Shown here one piece after another: positions 1 to 15,135 of a stretch of 64,000 nucleotides of DNA. The DNA comes from Camelus ferus (lineage: Eukaryota). Location of the stretch: positions 22,010,001 to 22,074,000 of the forward strand of contig NC_045715.1 of NCBI RefSeq assembly GCF_009834535.1. The letters are read 5' to 3'. The number at the start of each line of letters is the position of its first letter. Position 1 is the stretch's first letter. A model generated the notes under the pieces. That model was not told the origin of the DNA and made no database searches. It worked only from the letters and a program-made list of their open reading frames with translations. Made by a program: the position numbers and the translations under genes.

Positions 1-186
1 CTCCGGGGNNNNNNNNNNNNNNNNNNNNNNNNNNNNNNNNNNNNNNNNNNNNNNNNNNNNNNNNNNNNNNNNNNNNNNNNNNNNNNNNNNNNNNNNNNNN
101 NNNNNNNNNNNNNNNNNNNNNNNNNNNNNNNNNNNNNNNNNNNNNNNNNNNNNNNNNNNNAAGGGCGGGCGAGCAGCCCAAGACAT
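1..186 (-). CDS. RXRB: Retinoid X receptor beta, first coding exon (partial, mostly inside an N gap; gene continues left of the window)
   Basis: Reverse complement of 161-186 reads ATG TCT TGG GCT GCT CGC CCG CCC TT = MSWAARPPF, the RXRB N-terminus. Bases 1-8 read (A)CC CCG GAG = TPE in the same frame. The position head-to-head with SLC39A7 fits known synteny. Confidence 0.9.
   Translation of the reverse strand, partial: MSWAARPPXXXXXXXXXXXXXXXXXXXXXXXXXXXXXXXXXXXXXXXXXXXXXXXXXXXXPE
9..160. other. Assembly gap (152 N)
   Basis: Run of N. Confidence 1.
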
Positions 187-4027
<3,841 letters not shown>

Positions 4028-4584
4028 GTGGTGGGGTAAACCACCCCCACCCCAGCCCCAAACCTCTAGCCTCTAAGCCCATCAGGGGGCTCTGGAGGTT
4101 GGGGGCCCTGGCCCAGAACGTCTACCAAAGGTAGGAGTTGTATCTTAGGGAAGTGGTGACTTTGGCTTGAAGGCCATCAAGATTTGACAGTCTTACAGGG
4201 ACTGTAGAGGTGAGAGACTAGAGGGACCATGGTGTTGGGTTTGGGCGCTAAGTGGGACCATGAAGAAGGATGGAAGAGAGAGGGGTGATGGCAGCCTACC
4301 CCAAGTCCCCCACCTCACCTGTTCACAGAGGACCAAGCTGCCACACACAGACTTCAAGTTTTGCCTCCCTCTCTCCCACCTATTGGTGGAGTCTTCAGGG
4401 AAGACCAGAGCCCGAGGCAGAGTGGGTAGCAAGAGAAGCCAGGGATAAACGGCAATCGTGTATCCTGATTTGGGAGTGATTCCAGGGGAGGAGGACTAGT
4501 TGCTAATCTCATGGTCTGATTTTTTTTTTCGTTTCTATTCTTTTATATCACTTTTTGAGTCGAGGAGGAGGGGTGGTGACCGGA

Positions 4585-4590
4585 AATAAA
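4585..4590 (+). terminator. SLC39A7 polyadenylation signal AATAAA
   Basis: First AATAAA after the stop codon. Confidence 0.75.
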
Positions 4591-4599
4591 GTCCTCGGA

Positions 4600-4842
4600 T
4601 TTTCTGCTCCACGCGTAGTCTTTGTCTTTTTGGGGGGAATGGGAGCTCCTCATCTCCTCACTCCTCAGGCCCCATAGCTGTCGTGTCTGGCCACGCCCCC
4701 GCAGTGGGAGGTCGGCCTGCGCTGGTGGCCTCCGCCGGCCTATCGCAGGCCGGGCCTCGATTGGCCCGGCATTACCCTCACCACGCCCCTTCTGCGCTCG
4801 GATTGGCTCAGTGCCGGAGTGCCCGCCCACCCGCCGCCCGCC
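4600..4842 (+). promoter_or_regulatory. HSD17B8 CpG-rich proximal promoter
   Basis: Two inverted CCAAT boxes (GATTGG ~4759 and 4801), GC-rich, strong Kozak GCCGCCCGCCATGG. Confidence 0.7.
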
Positions 4843-6767
4843 ATGGCGTCTCAGCTCCGGCTCCGCTCGGCTTTGGCCCTGGTCACAGGTTGAGGGGGAT
4901 GCTCTCCCAGGGCGGGTTGGGGTGACGGAGTGATGTTGGGGTGTGCCCTCGGATTCTGTGGCCTCGGCCCCCTGGTCTGAATTTTATTAACTTTGCGCTG
5001 TTGACCTCTGCCCCCTGCCCCCTTTCTCTCCCCCAACTCCCGCGTGTTCTCTCCCACCTCAGGTGCGGGTGGCGGCATCGGCCGAGCAGTCAGTGTGCGC
5101 CTGGCCGCTGAGGGGGCCGCCGTGGCCGCTTGCGACCTGGACGGGGCAGCGGCACGAGAGACGGTGCGGCTGCTGGGAGGGCCGGGGAGCGAGGAGGGGG
5201 CGCCCTGCGGGGCCCACGCTGCCTTCCAGGCTGACGTGTCCGAGACCAGGGCCGTCAGGCGCTTGTTGGAGCAAGTGCAGGTGAAAGCTAGATGACCTCG
5301 TCCTATTTAAAGCCCTAACGTTTCCTCCACCGCCCCTGGCTCTACATGCGTAACCTCCCCCTTCCATAGGCCTGCTTTTCTCGCCCGCCATCTGTCGTTG
5401 TGTCCTGTGCGGGCATCACCAGGGATGAGTTTCTGCTCCACATGTCGGAAGATGACTGGGACAGAGTCATAGCTGTCAACCTCAAGGTGGTGACCTCTGA
5501 ACCGTGATTACTGGACCCTCTAGCCTGAAGAGGGAGTTGGAAGACTCACCCACCGCAGCTGATCCTTTCTGCCTTGTTACTTTCTCCCCCTCTCAGGGCA
5601 TCTTCCTAGTCAATCAGGCTGCAGCCCAAGCCCTGGTGTCCAGTGGCTGTCCTGGCTCCATCATCAACATCAGTAGCATCGTAGGGAAGGTCAGTTTGAG
5701 TTGGGATGAGGTCAGCCAGCCAAGTGGGCACAGAGAGGAGAGCCCCTCTTTGGAAATCCTGACTCATCCCAAATCTCTGGCATACTTATAGGTGGGGAAT
5801 ATGGGACAGACAAACTACGCAGCATCCAAGGCTGGAGTGATTGGGCTGACCCAGACTGCAGCCCGGGAGTTCGGACGGTTGGTGTGACACCCTGGGGAAC
5901 GGGAGGTTTTGCTGAGGCATGTAAAAGGTCTGAGAGCAGGGTCAGTGTTCAGTCCATTCTGGAGTCAGCAGCCACTCTCCTTTCTACAGACATGGGATCC
6001 GCTGTAACTCTGTCCTCCCAGGGTTCATTAAAACACCCATGATACAGAAAGTGCCTCAGAAAGTGCTGGATAAGGTAGGTGACTGTGGGTGGAAGGCAGA
6101 ATAATTCAAGGACCCATCCTCTCGGGTTCAGAGAGAATGCTTGGCACAGTGCCAGGGAAATAGTAGATATTCAATAACTGTACAAGGAATGAAGACCACA
6201 GACTCAGTCTACCAAAAAATCCATGAAAAAAAACTTTCACTCACATACGAGTGTTTCTTTACAGGTAACTGGAATGATCCCAATGGGACGTGTGGGGGAC
6301 CCTGAGGGTGAGCACTGAGTGGGGGTGGAGGACCCTGAATAAAGAGGTCCCAAAGTATGTGGTATCTGAGAGGGTCTCACCAGGATTGGTGGTTGGGGGA
6401 GAGGTGATTCTGGGGGGAAGTGATAGCTACTTCAGGTCTATGAGAGTGAGTGGGATTCTGCCCCCTCCCCATCATTCCCCTAGATGTGGCAGATGTGGTC
6501 GCATTCTTGGCATCTGGAGACAGTGGATACATCACAGGGGCGTCAGTAGAAGTCACTGGTATGAGGCCATCTTGGGGAGGAAGAGGGCAGAGAAGTGCAA
6601 CCCAGATGATATGAGAAAGCAAGTGAGAGGAGTCTGGAGCCACTGAGGGAAGGGCAGAAGTACTCATGGGCCAGGGACAGAAGTGGGTACCCCCCTACAG
6701 CCTATTTGTCTCCACCTACACATCTGTCCAAATGTTTCTGCCCCTCCCAGGAGGTCTTTTCATGTAA
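4843..6767 (+). CDS. HSD17B8: 17-beta-hydroxysteroid dehydrogenase 8 / 3-oxoacyl-ACP reductase subunit (KE6), 9 exons, 259 aa
   Basis: Exons 4843-4888, 5063-5280, 5370-5486, 5597-5689, 5792-5877, 5990-6074, 6265-6307, 6484-6558, 6751-6767 (780 nt). SDR motifs TGAGGGIG and YAASK; ends GGLFM*. Confidence 0.97.
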
Positions 6768-6916
6768 CTGCCTCAAGGACCCTGGACTCTGCTCACACCC
6801 CCACCACTCTGCTCGGCCTCCTGCTGCTGAGGACTCTGAGTTCCCAGGCTACAAAAGGGGTGGCAGTGTATGGCTCAGGAATGCTGAATATGGGAGGCAG
6901 GGGTGCTTGTGACCCT

Positions 6917-6922
6917 AATAAA
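6917..6922 (+). terminator. HSD17B8 polyadenylation signal AATAAA
   Basis: AATAAA 150 nt after the stop codon. Confidence 0.75.
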
Positions 6923-6943
6923 TTCCAAATCCTCTTCCCTGCC

Positions 6944-7075
6944 NNNNNNNNNNNNNNNNNNNNNNNNNNNNNNNNNNNNNNNNNNNNNNNNNNNNNNNNN
7001 NNNNNNNNNNNNNNNNNNNNNNNNNNNNNNNNNNNNNNNNNNNNNNNNNNNNNNNNNNNNNNNNNNNNNNNNNNN
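6944..7075. other. Assembly gap (132 N)
   Basis: Run of N. Confidence 1.
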
Positions 7076-7942
7076 TCACTGTGTGTGCGTGACACTCTGG
7101 GTCTTTTGGAGGGAGGGGTCTCTGACCCACCCCCTTCCAGTGATCTGCAGCCCCAGTCCCCTCCCCCCAATTCACCGGGTCCTTTCGGTCCCCAAGGGTG
7201 ATTTGTTCTTGGCCCCATCCTGGTGTCCAGTCTAGCCTTGGGAGGGGGTCTTGGAACAGGTGGCCCTCCCCCACCCCTCTCTTTTCTCTGAGTCCCCCCC
7301 CCTCCCCTTTCTCTCCACCTTACAATAGCTGCAGCCGGCCTGGGGTCGGATGGGGGGGATTAGGGGAGGGGGCCAGGATTAGGGGAATGGACCAGCCGAT
7401 GAAAGGGGCTGGAGGAGAGCAGAAGGGAGGGGGCTGGGAGGAGGAGGAGGAAGGGGAGGGGGTCCTCGCTAATCGACTCTGGAGCCCACATAAGGACTGG
7501 CCACGGACTGAAGGAGAGGACAGGGAAGTAGGGGGGATCTGGGGGAGGGGGCGAGGGGACCCACTGCTGCCTTATCCCAGAAACAGGCCACCCCCTGGCA
7601 GTTGCAGCCCAAATCTGGGAGCCCCAGCTCAGGCTGGAAGAGACAGGACGCCCATCACGGTCTCTTCCCCACCCCGCTCATCCCGTATCCCTCTCATCCC
7701 CTGCCCTCAATGGGGATCGCTCTGCCCCTTCCTCTTCTCTTTCCTCCCCATCCCCTTCCTTTACCGGAAAGTCCTGGAGGAGGCTTCTGCCCGCATCCCA
7801 CTCCAGATATTCAACCCCTTGTGCCCCACCTCAACCTACACGCGCACACCCCCTCCCCGATAGTGGCCCCATCTTGTGTGTGTGTGTCCCTGCTTCCGCG
7901 TGGTGTCTCCATTCCCCCGTACCACCCGTGCGCCTCCCTCCC

Positions 7943-8052
7943 CCGCCCCGGGCCGCGGCTCTTGATTGTCCAAACGCAATTCTCGAGTCTATGGCTCTGG
8001 CCGAGAGTTGAGTCTGGACGTCCCGAGCCGTCGCCTCCAAACCTCGAGGGGA
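7943..8052 (+). ncRNA. MIR219A1: pre-miR-219-1 hairpin
   Basis: Mature 5p TGATTGTCCAAACGCAATTCT at 7963-7983 and 3p AGAGTTGAGTCTGGACGTCCCG at 8004-8025. Syntenic between HSD17B8 and RING1. Confidence 0.97.
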
Positions 8053-8139
8053 GAGCGGGTCGGAAGGCCTAGGGAGAACCAGAGTGGAGGGTGGAGCAAG
8101 TCCCCAGGGTGGTAAGGGGAATCCCGGGCACATCGGGAC

Positions 8140-8943
8140 TTAGCTACGTTCACAGGACTGGAGGACTGAAGCGGCAGAGGCTCCGCTGCAGCTATTTTTT
8201 TCCCACCCGGAATCCCGGGCTGGGGTTATGAAGTTCTGCGTGGGGAGGAGGGGAGCCGTTCCCCAGAGCCGCCAGGGGACGCGGAGTGGGGGAGGTGGCC
8301 CCTTTTCCAATTCCCTCCGTCCCCTCCTGGGGTCCGAGCTATCCCAGGCCCCGCCCTCTGGAGCGGAGGCCCCGGGTGGGGGCCTTGGGAAGGGAACGGT
8401 GGCTAAGGTTGGCCGCGCGACATTGCTGACCAGGGGACGGCGACTGCGGCCCCCACGTGGCGCGCTACTCCGGGTACGCCGGCTCCTCACGGGGGGCGGG
8501 CGCGTCCCGAGGGCGGGGTCAATCGGGCATCCACGTCGCGTCCCACCCGCGCCGCGAGTGGCGGGTGACGTCTCGGCTGGCGGTGGGTGGAGTGGAGTGG
8601 AGGGGCAGGCGGAAGTGACGTAGGGCCCTAGCGCCCGGGCCATGGCGGCGGCGGCGGCGGCGGCGGGAGCTGCTGTTTGAGCAGCGGCTGCGGATCAAGC
8701 GAACTCGGCCGGGGAGCCCGGGCCCCGTGAAAGGCGCTGTGGCAGCGGGAGCGCGGACGGCTGGAACCCGGTGAGGGGCCGCGCCGGGGTGGGGTGTCGG
8801 GAGGAGGGAGGGGAGCCTCGAGAGGGCGGGGTCTGCGCGAGGGGCGGCCCACCTAACACCCTCCCTCCCCTTCCCCCACTCCCCAGCCTACTCCTTCTCC
8901 TCCTCCGCGGTGGAGCCCTGGTGGGGGTCTGTGCCCGGTCACC
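8140..8943 (+). promoter_or_regulatory. RING1 CpG island, promoter and non-coding exon 1 (donor after 8770; exon 2 acceptor at 8886)
   Basis: Very CpG-rich. ETS/CRE composite GGAAGTGACGT at 8611-8621; donor CCG|GTGAGG; acceptor CCCCAG|CCT. Confidence 0.75.
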
Positions 8944-11889
8944 ATGACGACGCCGGCGAATGCCCAGAATGCCAGCAAAACGTGGGAACTGAGTCTGTAT
9001 GAGCTCCACCGGACCCCGCAGGTGACCCCTTCACAACTTACTCCCACTCCCCAAACCCCTCTATCTACAGAGCCCTATCTCACAGCCTCTTTTCCCTTTT
9101 TTGCCCTATTCTGACCCTGCCCGATTTCACATTCCCTGGCCCTACCTTTGAATCACCTTAACATTTCAAAGCACTTTCACATTTATCCCATTTAATCCTC
9201 AAAACAGAGGCGGACGTAGTGCAAGTAATTAGAAGCTTCATTTATAAGATAGCAAACCGACAGAAATTATCTTTTCTGTTCCTCAGTTCAGTGTCATTGG
9301 TCCGTGCATTTAAGACTCACCTTGGGAGTTTATTAAAAATGGAGCTTCCTACCTCCCCCCCCCCCGCTCCCACTAACATTCTGATACAGTAATGGGGTGG
9401 GGCCCCAGAATCTGCATTTTTAACATGTACCCTAGAGGATTCTGAAACAGGTAGTGCCAGGATCACACTGTTAAGAAACTGTGTTGACTGAGTCTTCCCC
9501 AGATCACAAATCTGTGCCATGCCCATCCCCAGACCTATCACCAAACCTCAGATCCTCCTATTTCAAAGGTCCTACTCTTAGAATTACCACCTTCCTCAAG
9601 CGGCCAACATGGGTTACCCAGATTCTGTCATCTTACTGTATTTCTCAAAAGTCCAATTCATGGACCGCTTGTTTCTAAAACCCCTTCCTCACTAACCCAC
9701 CACCACGTTTCCACTCATCGATGCCTCCAGGAAGCCATCATGGATGGCACAGAGATTGCAGTTTCCCCCCGGTCACTGCATTCAGAACTCATGTGCCCCA
9801 TCTGCCTGGACATGCTGAAGAATACGATGACAACCAAGGAGTGCCTCCACCGATTCTGCTCTGACTGCATTGTCACGGCCCTACGGAGCGGGTAACAGGA
9901 GGGACATGTTTGAGATGGGGAAGGGTACAGAGTTGGGCCCTCAATGCCCTCCCTGGTGACTGCTCAGGGCTTTCTCTCTCCCACCCCAGGAACAAGGAGT
10001 GCCCTACCTGCCGAAAGAAGCTTGTATCCAAGCGGTCTCTGCGGCCAGACCCCAACTTTGATGCCCTGATCTCTAAGATCTATCCCAGCCGGGAGGAATA
10101 TGAGGCCCACCAAGACCGGGTGCTCATCCGCCTCAGCCGCTTGCATAACCAGCAGGCTCTGAGCTCCAGCATTGAGGAGGGGCTGCGCATGCAGGCCATG
10201 CACAGGTTCGGGGGGCCAGAAGAAAGGTGGCAGCAGGGCTGGTGGAACAGATCTGTGGATCAGACTCCTGGTGCTGTCTTTGCTCCCCACCAGCTTCTAA
10301 GCCTTAGCATCTTAAGTGTTGACCACAGTCTGATTGTTAGGCCTGGAAATCATAGATGTAAATTGTACCTTCTTAGTTAGCAACTGGTACTTCTATTCTT
10401 AAGAAAATAGCTGACCTAACTTTCTGAACAGTAGAGTGATTTTTGAGCATAAGCTCCGGGTTCACATTGCTGGAAATTAAATGACTTCTTAGGCTACCAT
10501 CACTCAGCCTTTAACATGTATCCATATGATGGGGGGGGGGTCTTGTTAAAAATGCCAGTTCTGCTTTAGTAGGTCTGGAGTTGGGCCTAAGTCTAAACCC
10601 CTTATCCTTGGTGCTTTCTAACCTCAACCACTTGCTTCCATAGGGCCCAGCGTGTGAGACGGCCGATGCCTGGGTCAGATCAGACCACAACGATGAGTGG
10701 AGGGGAAGGAGAGCCTGGGGAGGGAGAAGGGGATGGAGAGGACGTGAGCTCAGACTCCGCCCCTGACTCCGCCCCAGGCCCGGCTCCCAAGCGACCCCGT
10801 GGAGGGGGTGCAGGGGGGAGCAGTGTAGGGACAGGGGGAGGAGGAACTGGTGGGGTGGGTGGGGGCGCTGGTTCTGAAGACTCTGGTGACCGGGGAGGGA
10901 CACTGGGAGGGGGAACCCTGGGCCCCCCAAGCCCTCCCGGGGCCCCCAGTCCCCCGGAGCCAGGTGGAGAAATTGAGCTCGTGTTCCGGCCCCACCCTCT
11001 GCTTGTGGAGAAAGGAGAATACTGCCAGACTAGGTGAGAGCCCTGTCTTTCCCCAGACCACTGAGAAGCTAGAGATCCCATAATCTTACATCAGAAGTCG
11101 CCTTTGCCCAAACCCAGAAAGAAAACCTCACTGAGAGGCCCTTTTGGAAATGCCCTACTTCCCTTCTCCATTTGCGGCTTCTTGTGCCCTAAACCTGCCC
11201 TCTTTGCCACTCCAGGTATGTGAAGACAACTGGGAATGCCACAGTGGACCATCTCTCAAAGTACCTGGCCCTGCGCATTGCCCTGGAACGGAGGCAGCAG
11301 CAAGAGGCTGGGGAGCCAGGAGGGCCTGGAGCGGGCGCCTGTGATGCTGGAGGACCTGATGGGGGTGGTGGGGAGGGTGGGGGTGCCGGAGGAGGTGACG
11401 GCCCTGAGGAGCCTGCCTTGCCCAGTCTGGAGGGGGTCAGCGAAAAGCAGTACACCATCTACATCGCCCCTGGGGGCGGAGCTTTCACGGTGAGACCCCT
11501 GAGTGCAGCTTGTGAGAGGCGAGAGGAGGGAGGGTGGCCTTGGGCAACAGAACCGCATCCTGACCTCCTAGACCTCCTGACTGACCTACACTCTTCGCCC
11601 TGTGTATCTCTCATCTCCCTTCTCTGTCCTTTCTTCTTCCCCATCATCCACGTCCTGCTTTGCCCCATTTATCATTCCTTTTTCTTTCCTCCTCCCTTCG
11701 TCACATTTTGCCTCTCATTCATGTCCTTTACCATCTTTTCCAACTTACATTTCTCTTCCCCCTCTCTGTCTTCCATTTCCTCTGTAGACATTGAATGGCT
11801 CACTGACCCTGGAGCTGGTGAATGAGAAGTTCTGGAAGGTGTCCCGACCACTGGAGCTCTGCTATGCCCCCACCAAGGATCCAAAGTGA
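8944..11889 (+). CDS. RING1: Polycomb PRC1 E3 ligase RING1 (RING1A), 6 coding exons, 406 aa
   Basis: Exons 8944-9021, 9731-9891, 9990-10205, 10644-11033, 11216-11489, 11788-11889 (1221 nt). [14 protein letters not shown]..., C3HC4 [12 protein letters not shown]...CLHRFCSDC...CPTC, Gly-rich linker, RAWUL C-terminus ...YAPTKDPK*. Confidence 0.98.
9280..9485. mobile_element. MER5-like hAT-Charlie remnant
   Basis: GGGGCCCCAGAATCTGCATTTTTAACA...GGATCACACTGTTAAGAAAC resembles MER5A. Boundaries approximate. Confidence 0.55.
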
Positions 11890-12649
11890 CCCCACAAGGG
11901 GACAGCCAGAGGATGGGGACTATGGGGTGTCCCTGTGTCCTGGCCCATGACCCCAGCTTTTTTGTCCCCCAGTGCCCCCCCAGCCCAGCCAGCCAGCAAG
12001 AGGACACAAATGAGGACAAGTGGCTTTTATACAAAGTATCTATATCAGATTCTTCTATATTGTACAGAGTGGGGTGTGCGCCCCCATCTACTGCCTTTTC
12101 TATTGCCCCCAACCTCCCATCTACACCAGATGTTGGGGAGGGTGAAGTGAAGAACCCTCCTTTTCATGTCCTCCGACCAACAACAACAAATTTGCTTTTT
12201 TTCCTCTTTGAAACCTGCGGTTCTGTGTCTTTTTATCAGGGGTGTACTAGAATGAGAGGGAGAAAAAGAAAGATCCGGGAAGGAACCATAGAAATCGTGT
12301 AGAATTAGCCTTGGAAATGGAGGAGAAATGTCAAAGGTTATTCATGGTGTGTAAATCCCATTTTCCTGAACCTCCAAATCAAATACGTTCGAAAATAAGA
12401 AGGAACATCTTTGAAGCTGAATGAGACAGGATGAAAGCGGAGAATTGTGAAGGCAAATCCCGAACTTGTCCCCTATAACGTGAATAGCCTCGGCTGAAAT
12501 CTCAGGGAAAGCAAGAGATGACTGAGACGTGCTTGTAGACGTGACAGGCCTGTGATGCTTGAAAGGGGATTAATTCCTCATCCTTGTGAGAAGCTGGTTT
12601 CTAAAACAGGTTAAGAAAAGAGGTGGTAAGGTGGGAGAGCTTGGCAACA

Positions 12650-13800
12650 TCTCGGTCCCCCCTGGGAAACCTCCCGAAGAAGGCGGGCAGGACCGGGAAC
12701 TACAGTTCCCAGGAGTGCTCGAGCCGGTGCCGCCGAGCCGCGGGGTCCAGTGGAGGGAGGGCCGCCCGGGACTTGTAGTTCTGTGCTTGTCCCAGCAGTG
12801 GCTGAGTGCAGAAGGCTGGGGGCGTCCAGTAAACCCACCGCTGCCTCCCGGCCTCGAGTTCCGCAGGCCGGCCTGGGGGTCTGGGGCCCCTGACTGCGAG
12901 CCGCGTCCCGAGCAGGGCGGGGGTCGGGGAGGAATCGTCTCTCCGAGAGGGACTGGCGCTCGCTCCCGCGCCCCCCTCCTTCAGCCCCTCACTTCCTGTT
13001 TCCGTTGCCTTTCGTGCCCCCCCACCTCGAAGCGCCCCAAATCCCTGCGACTCAATCATTGCGTCTCTGCCCTCCTGGCCGAGGAGTCAGCCTCCGGCCC
13101 GGGGGCACCCCAGGCCACGCCTGGCATTTCTCGTTTGTTTTCCCTCGCGCCTAGTATTCTCGGTACTGTGGACGCAGGGAGCACCCTCCCGCCCCTGCAA
13201 GCTCTGCAGACCCGGTCACATGCATTCACCCCCAGACCTCCTGCCCTGCAAAAATAGACAACACCCACTTCACCCTTGAAGGACCACCTGTTTAGCCCCG
13301 CCTCCCCAGCCCCGATCCTGGCTCCCCTTCCCTCCAACCCTAGGTATCCAGAGGGGTGACGCTCCCAAGATGTGAGGGTGGGAGGAAGGTGGGCGTTGCT
13401 TCTGGAGTTTCAAGGGAGAGAAACAGCTGGGGAGGATTCGGGGGAGACACCAAGGTGGAAGCCGAAGAGAATTGAGTGAACCTGGCTTCTCTTCTAGTTC
13501 TAGGGGCTGCGGAAGCGTCACCCCCTCACTCTCCACGTTCTCGCCAGCGCTACCTGACCCATCAGCCTCTTCTGCCAGTCCCCGCCCCGCCCCGCCCCGC
13601 CCTCTTGCTTCACTCTGGAACCTCCTGCGGTCCCTGGTCCCCTGTCTCTCCCCTCCTAGGGCCCCGCGGTCCCTCTCTAGTCCCCACTTGACACCTCCAA
13701 CCCACCGTCCCGACCGCTCCACTTATCACACTAATCCGGTCCCTCTCTGCTGCGAGTGCCCTGTTGCCCACCTCTGCCCTCGCGACGGTCAACTTCGCAG
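12650..13800. promoter_or_regulatory. Orphan CpG island with promoter motifs downstream of RING1
   Basis: Dense CpG. Two opposed ZNF143/THAP11-type motifs (ACTACAGTTCCCAG 12699-12712; GGGACTTGTAGTT 12768-12780), ETS-like CACTTCCTG and TTTCCG (~12990), GC boxes (~13585-13600). Confidence 0.7.
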
Positions 13801-14213
13801 ACATGCCTGTTTATTTAGGTGATACCATGTAAGTGACATACAGAACTGTTGCCCTAGGTAAGTCTCTCCTACACACAACAAAGAAAAAAACTACTCGACC
13901 AGACCAGGCGTTCTCCTTCCGAGCAATGCAGGCAGAAGGAGGTGCTGGGGTAGGGTGGAGCTCCCCTGGGTTAGTTCCCCAAGTCCTTCAGCCTCTGTCA
14001 GTTAAGCCTACATATATGGGTCTGGCAGAGCAAGAGACACAAAGTAGACAATAGGGAATGTGACTGTTTTGTTGAGGGGCAAGATATAAGTAGAAGAACC
14101 CAAAGGAGCAAGGTGGGGAAAGGTTGGGGTCCAGATCTTTGCCCTACCACTTACAAACCAAGCCACTGTGCATGAGAAACTGGAGGTGAGGCCAGCAGTT
14201 GTATTGTAACAAG

Positions 14214-15135
14214 CCCTCCGTGCACAGAGGCCCAGAACCACTGCAGTAGATGCCCTGATCCTTAGAGGGTGAAGGGCACGTGTCCCCTGCAGGAGGGGTG
14301 CCAGGTCTCGGGGTCCAGGGCATCACTGGTAGCCTCAGGGGGGAGGGGAAGAAGTTGGAGGCGGGGTTTGAGGCGGCTGGAGGAAAGGAGGGGAGCCTCT
14401 CTCGCTCTTACTCTCCCCCTCATTTTATCTCCCTCAGGCTTCTCAGTCCCCAAACCACAGCAGGTTATGTGGGCAGAAGCTGAGCCCTGGAGCCCAGGGC
14501 CACAGAAGCCTGAGGAGACCCCTGCCCAGGTGAGGACTATCTCTGAGGGCCCTCATGTTGCCTGGCAGCCCTCAAAACCCTGGCAAACTGCTCACAGGAA
14601 AGTTGTGCCCTGGGCGTCCCCACCGCGGGGATAAGGGGCTGGGACGTGAGGCGGAAAGGGAGGGGGTCACTCTTTCAGTGGGGGAGGGGCCTGCCCCTCC
14701 ACCTCAGTCTCTCTGCCTACCCCCCTCCTGGCTGTGCTCACCTTCTTCCCCCTCCCCCCACAGGCTGGGAGCAAAGGAAGAGGAGGAGGAGGACAAGGCA
14801 GAACAGACCTCCAGCTCCCCATCTACTGTGGCACCCTTGACCCCTCGGCTGTCACACTGACACTTCCTCACCTCCCCTACCAGTGGCCCCAGCCCCCACC
14901 ACAAAACCTTTGTCCTACATGGAATGTGGAGCTTCCTCTTCCCAGCACAGCCCAGTCCACTTGAATGAGTTGCCCTTTTCCTGCCCGCAAGGTAGCAAGT
15001 GCTTCAGCGAAGGGCCCACCTGACTCTGTCCTGCACTCCCACACAGGTGACAGGCCCTATTGCTGTTGCCTCTGTGGCCGTGGCTTCGCTCCGAGCACCC
15101 ATCTGCCTTGACAGCCAGTCTACACTCACTGGGGA
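14214..15135 (+). pseudogene. Decayed intron-containing KRAB-C2H2 zinc-finger gene (position matches the ZNF pseudogene recalled from the human RING1-VPS52 interval)
   Basis: KRAB-B-like exon 14438-14529 (AG|GFSVPKPQQVMWAEAEPW...TGCCCAG|GT). Terminal exon from 14764 opens with (G)WE. Finger relics KPLSYMECGASSSQH, LPFSCPQGSKCFSEG* and HSHTGDRPYCCCLCGRGFAPSTHL* carry stops and frameshifts. Weak KRAB-A-like relic at 14214-14338. Confidence 0.65.

Noticed and set aside
7198-7863. 221-aa ORF upstream of MIR219
   Set aside because: Low-complexity G/C-tract translation with a non-ATG start and no recognisable domain. Long ORFs are expected in GC-rich DNA.
12586-13257. 223-aa ORF across the orphan CpG island
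   Set aside because: GTG start, Pro/Gly/Arg-rich composition typical of stop-poor CpG islands, and no recognisable homology.
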